Source of the DNA: Paramecium tetraurelia
Lineage: Eukaryota
NCBI GenBank assembly: GCA_000165425.1
Contig: CT868017.1
Coordinates: forward strand, 248,001-268,562
DNA: 20,562 nucleotides
Reading direction: 5' to 3'
Below are positions 1 to 11,300 of this stretch, in pieces. The notes under the pieces were generated by a model. The model searched no databases and was not told the origin of the DNA. It saw only the letters and a program-made list of their open reading frames with translations. The position numbers and the translations under genes were made by a program. Positions within the stretch are counted from its first letter, which is position 1; each line of letters opens with the position of its first letter.

Positions 1-64
1 ATTGAGGTAAGAGGATATGATAGGATAATACTTCAATTTCAGGAAGTTTTAACTTTTCCCTCAT
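1..64 (-). CDS. Possible 5' end of a divergently transcribed gene (MREKLKLPEIE...), running off the window
   Basis: ATG at 64 (-) follows an AT-rich leader and is open to the window edge. Only 21 codons are visible. A competing reading is + frame 1, open from 1 to TGA at 322-324. Confidence 0.3.
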   Translation of the reverse strand, partial: MREKLKLPEIEVLSYHILLPQ

Positions 65-400
65 TTTAGAATTTACGATATTTGAAAAAATAAAATAATT
101 TAGAACAAGATAAAAATTTAAATCTTGTTTAAAAAAGAAATGGCAATTTAAGTAATAATCAAAGTTTTGACTCCAACTTTTTAAAAATCTGTGCTTTTCA
201 TTTTCAAATGGCATCCAAATCCATCAAGTGTCTCAATTTGACTTAACAATATAATTATAATTAATGTTTTGGATCTATTATGCTCTAGGCTAATTAGAAG
301 ATCCATCACGAAGTCACACATTGATTAATATCAATAAATTCTTTAAAATTGTATGGTAAGTATTTGATAACAATAATATAAATAATTTTCAAGTAAAAAT

Positions 401-2142
401 ATGCTGACTGAATTTACATCCTTCTTTGATAATTTCGACGTTCTCTATAAAATCAAACATATATGGTCAAAGTTTTAGCAGCCTGTATATGAAGTAAATA
501 CAAATGTAAATAATCTAGAATGATTCAATTAGTTTTGAATCTGCCTGTCATAAAATATGCAGAAAAAAGAAAAAGCTCAAACCAATTTCAATCTAATTGG
601 GCTAAGAATAGATGTATCTTTTCAAAGATAAAAGTCCTCATGGAATGCTCCAATTAACAGTAGTGATTATGAGCATCTATAAAACCGATTATGGAAAGGC
701 TATCAGATTGAAAAGAAATGGATAATATATCGATTTAATTACGTCGGATCCTAACGTTCTCAAGCAATTATTGTAGTAAAAGTGTCTTCAAACTACATTT
801 CATGATGACTTTACTGTTTCCAAAATGATAGGCAAAGGGAGTTTTGCTAAAGTATATTTAGCAGCCAAAAAATCTACAGGAGTCTAATTTGCAATAAAGG
901 CATTCAACAAGGAGTTCATGCAAGAATAATTTAGAGGAAAAGAGAGTTTAGAGAATGAGATCAGAGTCATGCGAAGGCTTAACCAAGAAAATCTAGTACA
1001 TTTACATGAGGCCTATGAAACTCAAAATTCAATCTATTTTGTTCTGGATCTATTAGAAGGAGGTGAATTATTTGCAAGAGCTAAGATAAGTCCTTACTCA
1101 ACAGAATGCCTATAAAAATTGATGTACAATTTTCTTAAGGCGCTCTTACACATTCACAGTAGGAAGTGTATTCATAGAGATTTAAAACCGGAAAACTTAT
1201 TGTTAAGAACTTAAGAATACCCAACCGATATTGTTATTGCAGATTTAGGATTAGCAACTTTTCTAAATGAATAGATTATATTTAAAAGGTGTGGGACTCC
1301 TGGATTTGTTGCACCAGAGATTTTAATATATAAGTAAGATGATCCTTTTTATGATGATAAATGCGATATATTTAGTGCTGGTGTGATTTTTTACATCCTA
1401 CTTACAGGCAAGCAACCTTTTTAAGGTTCTGATTACAAAACAATCTTAAGATCCAATAAAAACTGTGAAATTAACTTCAATATAAAGCAAATTTAGTAGG
1501 TACTATAAATATCCATAAATGTAGTCTTCACAACAATTATAGGAACTGTTGAGAAAGATGCTACAATAAAATCCAAAAGATCGGCCTAATGCCGAAGCCT
1601 GTTTGTAACATCCCTATTTCAAAGAAATCTTCGATAAAAATGACTTAATAGAAATTCATGAAAATTTAAATGAATAAAATTAACGTCTATTATTAAAAAA
1701 AGGTAGTTTTGAAAGTTAAGTGGGATCCATGGAATTAATAACTAGATCTCCTGTTTTAAATGGTAGAATTGATTCAGTAGGATCATTATCATATGGTTCA
1801 GTATTAGGGTCATCAACTCGTTTGGAAAAACCACAACTACATCAACAATAATATTAATCTAAATTTAGTCAATTCTGTTAAAATATGAAGAATGTTCAAC
1901 AAGATCAGAATGGCAGTCCTCTAGCATCTCCTTTAAATAAAAGAAAAGATTCATAGGACCTTCATAAATTTGCATTGAAAAACTCTTACTAGTAAAAACA
2001 ACTTAGCAAAGATGATGAAGATGTCAATGAAGAATAAACCCATTTAGAAAGTTCCATACAGAAATTAAACTCTTAGTCATCTAAAATTGGCTTATTGAAA
2101 AAGAGTGCTTCCTTTTAGGGGCCAAAAACAATATAGGAATGA
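401..2142 (+). CDS. Ser/Thr protein kinase, CAMK-group-like, 563 aa; exons 401-493, 519-1499, 1525-2142
   Basis: With TAA/TAG=Gln and two 25-nt introns removed, the frame is continuous from ATG to TGA (1692 nt). Motifs: IGKGSFAKVY (GGC at 831), FAIK, ENE, HRDLKPEN (1173), DLG (1242), KRCGTPGFVAPE, KCDIFSAGVIFYILLTGKQPF, DRPNAEACLQHPYF. It has a ~115-aa N-terminal extension and an S/Q/K-rich C-tail. Confidence 0.95.
494..518 (+). other. Spliceosomal intron, 25 nt, phase 0
   Basis: GTAAAT...CTAG, AT-rich; removal joins the ATG frame to the kinase frame. Confidence 0.88.
1500..1524 (+). other. Spliceosomal intron, 25 nt, phase 0
   Basis: GTACTA...GTAG; removal restores the kinase C-lobe (SSQQLQELLRKML..NPKDRP). 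Confidence 0.9.
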
Positions 2143-2294
2143 TATATATCAATTAATAAATTGCCAGTTCCCTGTAGAATCTAACAAATCTATTCGATCC
2201 CGTTTCCGAATCCTATATATCCAAGATCAGCAAAAGATCTGTCAATTTCTTTCGATCCACTACCCTTGGTTTAACATAATATTGACGTTTGGCG

Positions 2295-2382
2295 CTATAA
2301 GATAAAGTGGATATAGATTAATTTGGGGATTCAAAAAATAGAGATTTTTATTAGAATTTAATCAAATTAAGTATAGAATTAC
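2295..2382 (-). other. Probable long (88 nt) intron in the SRPK locus
   Basis: GTAATT...TATAG with no internal GT or AG and an in-frame TGA; removal joins DRSESPR in frame to RQTSILCQTKGSGSKEIDRSFADLGYIGFG. Confidence 0.6.
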
Positions 2383-2614
2383 TCTTGGTGATTCACTTCT
2401 ATCGGCTTATTCATCTTCACTTTCAACTTCTTAAATGGTTACTATTTATTTACCTTTGTAAATTCAACTAATCCTCTTTCTCTTTGTATTCTTTGTATTG
2501 TTCTTCATTCATTTTTGCTCCTTCGCTCTCACTTCAACCAGGAATGTATTAAAGATTAAGATGCAGTTGCTCTCATCTCTGGATAAGGATTTAACATCGG
2601 TCCTAAAAAGGAAG

Positions 2615-2640
2615 CTTAATTATTAAATTATTTTAACTAC
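2615..2640 (-). other. Spliceosomal intron, 26 nt, phase 1, in the SRPK locus
   Basis: GTAGTT...TAAG on the - strand; removal gives KEAKELA-SFLGPML. Confidence 0.85.
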
Positions 2641-2818
2641 CTAATTCTTTTGCTTCTTTTGGAATATACTTGTACTTTTCTATTAGAACATCTGTTAATG
2701 ACCAACAATTTAGTATTGGAATTCTTTAAAGATTTCCTTCTTTATTAAAATATCTCTTAGATTTTAATCCTTTTTAAGAAAATTATAATGGAAATTTGCC
2801 TGTTAATTCTTGAATTTA

Positions 2819-2971
<153 letters not shown>

Positions 2972-4556
2972 TTATCTAGTCTATATTAAAGTTGAAAATT
3001 AATGATGTGTCCAACAGGCATTTCCTAAATCTGCAATTTTCACTGAAAAGTCATTCTTTTGTATTTATTTAAATAAAGATTTCTTATCAATTTAAAATAG
3101 GTTATTATTATTTTTATCTATAACATTCTCTTGTTTAATTTAATGTTTTCGTATTTCTTCAGCATTTTCTTTATTTTAAATTTTCAAATTTTCATCTAAA
3201 TTTTCAATTTCCTGTTGTTTTTATAAATTTTATTATTTTTTCTTTTGCCTTCTCTATAAATTTCTTAATTGATTTTTAGTTAACTATGATTATTCCTATT
3301 GCTATTCAGAATTAACTCTTTCAACAGGTTTAATTGAGTCAGTTTTAATTGGTAATGAATTGCCTTCTAATTTGACTGGCTCTTCCTTTTTGATATAAAA
3401 GCGAATGGTAAAGTTCCAAACGTTCCTTGAATATCTAGTTGCTTGTTATTTAACCATTTTCAATGATGTCTTTGATCTCTTCTTAAGATAATTGTAGCAA
3501 CACATTTTCAGGCTTTAAATCTGTATGAATTACCCCACATTATTCATGTAAGAATTCTAACCCAATCAATACTTCTTTTGCTTCAAATCTCTTGATTACT
3601 TCTAACAGATTAACTTCCAAGATTTCAAAAACCATACAAAAATGACATCCATATGGTCCTCTATAAACAAAAGAATTTAACAGTTGCACAACGTGACTAT
3701 CATCTCGATTCAATCTCTGATTGGGTTTATATTATTTTAATTTTTCAAGCCATTTTTGATTTGTAACATTATACGCCACTTTTTATAATATTTCCACTTC
3801 ATCATAAGCTGCCTCCAAATAATTCTCCGCGGATTTCTATACCTTAATAGCAACATATGTGTCAAATTTAAAATCCTTGCATAACCACACAGTTGACAAA
3901 TGTAATCTTCTATCCCTTCATCTTCTGAGTCATGTTCATCATCTAATTGATGAAATAATTCCATCTTTTTTGGTTTATACATTGATGGAGTCATGTATTA
4001 CGATGTAGCCATTTAACAAACTGGTTGAAGCACTTATGACTCAATCAAATTAGAATCTTGTAGGACTTAATAATAAGACTTAGACATCACTGTTGATTAA
4101 AAGAGATCACTAGAATACATGTTTTCGTTGTTCATTTTTGAATTTAAATATATTAATTGTAAATAGTTGCTGTTTCTTTTGCAATCAAATTCTAAATGCA
4201 CGAAATTAAGTAGACCCTCAGGAAATGATTTAATATTGTTGTGAGCAAGATAAAACTAATTTAAATTAATTAGTAGACCTAATCATTTTGATTAATATAT
4301 ATACAAGCAATTCACCATTAGTTTAAATAGAGAATATATCAATTAATAACATCAAAAAGCTATAATTTTTATAATTTGATGATAAGAAAAAATTCTATTT
4401 AATTTGTTAGATTTAATTTTAAAATATATAAAAGAAAATAAAAAACACTTGAAATTTGTCAATTCAGAGAGAGAATATAATTGTTTAAGAGGGGAGAAAT
4501 GTTATAAATATATCGTTGAATGCTGTCCCTCTACATTAATTAAATATGTTAAATTT

Positions 4557-5270
4557 TCATTTATTATTAAAAATGGTTTTAAAGTTTGAATTATTGATCA
4601 AATTAGGTTGAGTATTTTGAATTATATTGATTGCATGAGTCATTTTAGTCTTTCCCAATCTAGTTTTACTATAAAATTGTTCTCGAGGTTTGCTATGCTG
4701 TTATTTTTAGAAATTATTGAGAACTTTACTAATATTTTTATCTTTATGAAAGTGAGAAAATTCTACGTGTTGGTCAAACTGATTTAAATCCTCCTTTTTT
4801 TGAATTGAATAAATTCTTGATGAAGATTTTCTAATTATGATTCTTAATATTTCTGTTGAGATTTATCTTCCTTTTTAATAAGGCTTTTATACACAAACCG
4901 TTTCATTCTTGGAGTATCTCCATTACTATTACTATTTAATTATAATTTTTGAATGACTTTGAGGGATTTTAGTTTATCATCTTCTAGAGTTTACTATTTA
5001 GTTTAAAAATCGACATATCCATACCTTTTCAAAATAGATTCATTCATTCCTTCACTCAATGTTTCATTATCACACATGTAATCTATTGCTGAAGTTATAT
5101 TGAGCTGCAAATCTTCAAAAGTTTTCCTTTTTTCTTCTATTTTCTTTTATTTTAATAACGAGGTTAGACAATAGAATCGCTTTGGTCTAAGAAAATCACT
5201 ATAAATTTAATAACTATTTTTAAATTCTGAGATGCAAATAAACGGCTTTTCAAAATATTTTGATAGACAA
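4557..5270 (-). pseudogene. Degraded gene for a hypothetical K/E/Q-rich protein (~235 codons)
   Basis: An open frame CLSKYFEKPFICISEF...LHQEFIQFK shifts at an A7 run (T4795-4801) into KKEDLNQFDQHVEF...KTIFNNK-TGA (4559-4557). There is no ATG at the start of the coding-like stretch and no recognisable domain. A shorter intact gene from an internal ATG cannot be excluded. Confidence 0.5.
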
Positions 5271-5389
5271 AAATAAATTGAAATAATTGTTTATAAATTG
5301 AATTTGAAATTATGTAAAAATGAATAATATTTAATTTATTATATTGTGATTTTATTATATTATGTACTTTCTAATGTTTAAAATTAATT

Positions 5390-8300
5390 TCATTCTTCTG
5401 ATTTCATTTTGCTAATTAAATTAGTGAAAGGGTCATTGATATCATTGGATTCACTTCTTGTAAATAAAATCTATTATTGTCTCACCAAAGTTAACTTGAA
5501 TTCTCTTGGGTCTGACAAACCACTAGATGATGGATTTTGTGAAACTAAAATAGATAAAAATCTAATAAATTACATTTCTATCTTTCTATACTACTAAGTT
5601 TTGATCTCACTACAGAGAGATGCTTCTTTATTTTTTTAAATCTCTCAAGCATTATCTTTCTCCTTTAACCTTTGTTTACAAGCCAACTATCCAAAGATGG
5701 ATATTATTTTAATTTTGATTTTAGTTTTTCTCTCATAAAATCCTTGATCTTGTCTATTAACTCCTCCATAGATTATAAATATCCATTTATTAAACTTTAA
5801 ATAAAGGTAATCAATAAATAGATATTTGTTATAATTATAGATAATATAACAATAGTAGAAAAACTACTTGTTAATGATAATGAAAGAACTGCAAATAAGG
5901 TAAAAATGCATAAAAAAGTACTATTTTATTCTAATTAATTTAAAGTTTTTGTCTTGAAAGGTAAAACTATTTAGTTTGCAAATAAATAGGCAAATTTTAT
6001 AATAAATAAAAGCGTGCATTTAATAACCATATTATCTTGGTAAAATGTAATTGCAATCATTATCAACTCTCTACTGACAATCCTAATTATTTCCCAATAA
6101 TAGGCTTTATGCTAATATTCTAAATATAAGTATCCCCATTATCTTCTCACATCGTATTTTTAAAGTGAATTTTTATATTTTGTTAAGTATATTATAAATA
6201 TTCCTGGTACTGTAGCTCCAATGATGATTATTAGTAAGATAAGATAAGGAATCCATTATTGATGAAGTGATGTATTAAATTAATAAGCCAAGTCGCCTTG
6301 GATCCATTTTATGCCTGATAATGTCCTAAATGATAATGAAGATATTAATAATTAAATCACCTATATTTAGTAATAGCAAAACAAATATAAGACACAAGTT
6401 TTTGGTATTACTTCATTATAAACAATCTTCTTTAAGGATTTCAATAAGAAGTATATAGATAAGTAGATCCATCCATAAAAAAGTGGACAAATAATACTAT
6501 ATATTATTTTCACATATATGAGTCCCTCTTAAAAATTCTAAGCTAAAAAGCAATCTGTGGTTACTAATAACATTGTTTAAGAGTTCCCAGTAATATTATA
6601 ATAATCCTTAAATACTTATGGAATTTCAACATTAAAATTTATTATGATGGCCAAGATTTGTAAATAATTTGTAAGCATTTTCATAAGTGGACCAGTTTGT
6701 TTATTATTGTTAATTATTAATTGTCTTGATCCTACTTTATTTTTCTATAATTCTAATATCAATTTCTCAACTCCATTTGTTGATAAATAGATTGAAAGTA
6801 AATTCCTAAATAAATAAAAATAAAATACCATAAGGCTATCAATATTATATAAATAATTTGTTTATCCAAATCGTCACACTTTTAACATTAATATAATTTC
6901 TTAAGACTATATTAACCATTTCCTCTAATATTGTATTAATCACAAGCTTCACAACAAGCTCCTAATTAGCCAATTTCACAAGTTTCATCCCCTTATCTCC
7001 ATCCACCTAAACAGTTCTCAATTTTATTTTAGCAATATTCAAGAATTTCACTATTTATATAGGGTCTCCAATATCCAGATTTTAATTAAAGTTAAGCAGG
7101 TGTTATTGAAACTATTGTATCTTCATCCATAAATTAACAGGTTGTTGCATTGATAGTTACTGAATATTATTTCTTGTTTATGTCACATAGATAGCAAGCA
7201 TTATCAGTTAGATTCTTATATTCTCCTAATTGACATGGATATGTTTGAATTTATAAAATTAATTAATATTTAGAATTGTAATCCATTATCTAATAAGGAA
7301 AAGTATCTTCATAATTTGGGGATTTAGACACTATTACAACTTATTTATAAGATTAGTCTAAATTCATTATTCTCAGTTCCGTAATAAATAATTAAATCAT
7401 CTAAATTATAATCTTATGTTTCTTAATCAAAAGCTTTTCTATTATAATTTGTATAATTATTTGTAAAATTGACTTCTTAGGAGCCATACTAGTATCCACT
7501 TTCAATTAAACATTCACTATTATTAATGTGAAATTGTTATTCGTGATATGCATTTAAAGCTAAAACTCTGAATTTTAAATGTTAATGCTAGTATTCTTAT
7601 TTATTTATATCAAAATACTAATATGTTTAAATTTATTAGCCACTCGGCAATTTTAAGACTAATAATTCTGATCGATTTGATTAATTAGTTAAGTAAGCAT
7701 TAATCTACCCATTGTTCAAAATGTGTAAGGTTGAAAATAACACACTTTTGTATAATATTGTAAGTTAAGTTGAGTGAGATGAACTAATGTTACCATATCC
7801 ATATGCAGTGTTATTATTGAAATAGTTAAATGTTCTATTTAATTCAGGTAAACTTTGATTCCCTAGATATATTGCACCTCCTTCTTATGCTGTATTTGAC
7901 ACTATAAGATTATTTTGAAATAAAAGATTTGTAATTTCTCCATCATAATATATACTTCCTCCTTATCGAATTGCTAGATTTTCACTTAAAATACTATTTG
8001 TTATTTTAAGACCAACTTATTTGCTAACTATGCATCCTCCTTTCTCTGCCTAATTTCTATAGCAAAACATATTGTCTAGTGATAACTTAGACATTATCTT
8101 TTTTTCTTAACTTTATAACTCTTACACGAAGCATAAGCATCCATTTTGACCACATAAATTATCCATTAACCATATATTTGATAAAATAATTTTGTCTGAT
8201 TGCAACTCAATTAATTTAATAAAAATAAGTCCTTATTAACAAAATTTACACTAATTGTTTGAAAATTAGCTAGATTTAATTGATATTGAATCCTTATTTT

Positions 8301-11300
8301 TGACATTTGTAATTTAAACTAAATTATCAATCTATTTTTAGGGTTCAACTATAAAATCTAATAAATTTATTAATTCATAAGTAGAATTCTTAAATTTTAA
8401 TATTTATTCATTTCGACAATCTTATGACAATTTTAACTAATCATCAATTATATACTTAATTTAGGTTGATTCCAATTTTGGATCATCTTTGTACCATTTA
8501 AAGTTTTTGATTTTAAGACCAGTAATTTCGATATTGCTTTGCTGATCTATATAATATAATATTTTTATAATACCTTCAGAAAAGCTAATTTACATTATGG
8601 AATTCTAGTAATAAAATGAATAGTCTATTTCGATTGATGTCAAACTAACTTTGCTTTGATAATTCAACTATAAGAATATATTTAAATATAACTGAACGAA
8701 TAAATGTCTTAAAACAAGATATCCTTATTACATTGAAATCAAAGTAGTTTCATAATTTTAAAATAAACTAAACAAAGACCTAAATTTGGAATAACCCTCT
8801 ATTGTTTATAAAATTCTGCAATTCTACATATAGAGTTATTAATTGTAGTTTAGGAAGTTAAGTTTGGCAATATTACCATCGTTTGAAAAGACATCCTAAA
8901 ATGTCACATTAGTGAAATTGAAGTTAATTTATTAGGCAATTGGTTTCAGATATATAACACCACCTTCAGCAGTTCCAATAATTGTATCATAAATAGAATC
9001 TAATATATCAATTTAGATATTAATGCTTCCATCAATAACATACAGGCAACCACCAAATGATTATTCTTCAGATATTTTAGTGTAGATATTTTTAAATACA
9101 GAATTTCTGACGAGTAAATATCCTTCATTTTCTAATGTAATTTTAAAACATCCTGCAGATGTTGAAAAACTACCTTCAATATTTGTGTTTCTAAATTACA
9201 CTGAGGAAGATATTAGTTAACCATTTCCACTTGTGGATAGCACTTAAAATTAATTTTTGATTTATTCTAATGTTAAAGTATAAGGTTGATATTTCCAATT
9301 TATGTGCTTCAAAAAGCTATCACCAATCTAATTATTTGAAGCAAAAGATGAATCAATTAGATTAACTTATTCAGCATTTATATATAATAAACTATTTTCA
9401 CTTTAAGAGACATAATTTTGGTTAAACTAGCAATTGATCAACTATATTTTCGAATTTTATGCAATTATATAGAATATTAAAGCTGAGTCAGACTCAGATT
9501 CTTTATAGTATGAATAGTAAATGTTATTATTAAATTTAGAATTTAGAATTTAGATATCTTATTATTATTCTGATTATATAAGAATTCCAGATATCTAATT
9601 AATAGTCTATCTCTTTTAGATGATGCAATTATCTAAATTCATGGAATCTATAACAATAGATTCAGATCTTCTAATAATTTAGGTTGCAATAGAGATTATG
9701 TAGATCATAGGGAAATCCAAAAGAATAAGATTAGATACATAAAAGTTTTATATTTTAATATTTTATGCCTTTTAAATGATCAAAGTAGATGTATATTTCG
9801 AATATGGATTAAGTTATGAACATTATTCATCTGCAATAATGCTTTTAAAGAAGTACTTTGAGTTTAATGAAATAGTAAAATTTGAAAGTACTAAGTTAAT
9901 GGCTGAAGATAGTAAAAATTCTGTAATACCAATTGATCTGATGATTTTAATATCAGATATTTCAATTATGTTGGATTATATTAGAATAATAGAGGAAATT
10001 GACTATAAATTGGAAACCAATTAAATATTATCATAAAGAGTGATTGTATCTAAAATAATATTTGACATCTTAACAGTACTAGTCAAATCATTTGATACTA
10101 AATTTATAAGAATTGTTTTATCGTCGTGTTAAATCTAATTAACTTCAATATTCTCAAAAATGATAGATTGAAACTAGTAATCTTAAACAAAATTAATAAT
10201 TGAGCTATTCTTTAAACTACAAAACTTAATTTAATAGTCCTTATTAATTTATTCATTTGTTGTTTAAAATAGAATGAAATTTTAGAATGTTGAATTTGTT
10301 AAAGAGATTCTGCTTATAATTAAACTTTTATAACAAAAAGTCTAGAATAAAGGCTGAATATTAGATAACAAGGAGAAAACGATCGATATTTATGATATAG
10401 ATCCTTACATAACTAGATATTAGTTATTTTTAATTTTCATAAATGAGCTAGAATAAAGATTGGAATTTATGATTAGAATGTTATTAATATAACAATTTGT
10501 AGTTTTTTAAAAGTAATTATCAAGTAAAATGATATTTGAATTATGCATCTTTGAATTTTGAATAGTAAATTGATCAATATTAATGTTAATATATTATTAT
10601 TAAACAGAATATTCGAAGTAAAACAAACCAGCCACAGTTTGAAGATTTATATTCTGTAGAGACAAGTTTTAAATTTCTAATTGCTAGAGATTTGTGGATA
10701 TAATAGTAAATGCTATTGGATTTAAATCTTCTTAATATTATTGTATAACTACTGAATTAAATAGTACTTTCAAAGCACTTAAAGATTATAAATGAATATT
10801 GACAGTTGATTACAACTAAATTATTAGATTTTATATTGAAATAGATTCGAAATTCAATACTTCTAGATTTGAGTTAAGGAATAATGTGTTACCATTGCCA
10901 AGTAGTTTAATTTTAGCTGAAGTGACAAAATAGATGTTTTAAATTAAAGTAGTGAAAATGTAAGAGTGGAATTCTATAGAACAATCTTAAATAAATCTAA
11001 ATTCTAATTCAACTTCTTAAATCTGTTAGACACTTAGAAATGTGTACAAATTAAGATTTTCTATTCTTCCAAAGTTGCTTTAAGATTTATTATTGGTTAT
11101 TAATTCATCAATTTTAACATTTTACTGTCGAAAATGCTATTTGTCAAATGCCAATTCTAGATGCTAATTAAAGAGCTCTAAGTTACAATAAAGGTTGAAT
11201 TTTAATGTAATTGAATTAGGGTCTGTTCCAGTTACACTTTACTTGAAGAATTATTAAAATTTAGTGTCATAATAATAGTCTTATAAGCTTAACTAAGATT

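Noticed and set aside
1..324. + strand frame 1 open to TGA 322-324 as the 3' end of an upstream gene
   Set aside because: No recognisable motif. With a single stop codon, ~100-codon open frames arise by chance, and it conflicts with the candidate - strand start at 64. Unresolved rather than excluded.
2429..2452. Apparent 24-nt intron GTAAAT...TAAG in the SRPK tail
   Set aside because: It is 3n and does not fix the frame; the segment reads naturally as YKGKQIVTIQEVESEDE in the downstream frame.
3570..3907. SRPK deletions as erroneous TA-bounded IES excisions
   Set aside because: The junction at 3581/3582 has no TA, and the 3901 junction is better explained by microhomology. This cannot be proven without the ancestral sequence.
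4136..4556. ncRNA, transposon remnant or IES in the longest intergenic gap
   Set aside because: I saw no tRNA cloverleaf, terminal inverted repeats, telomeric C4A2/C3A3 repeats or tandem repeats; it looks like ordinary AT-rich promoter/terminator DNA.
7800..9180. Horizontal transfer from Chlamydia pmp genes, suggested by GGAIY repeats
   Set aside because: The gene has ciliate codon usage and introns and no autotransporter barrel; such beta-helix repeats are widespread in protists.
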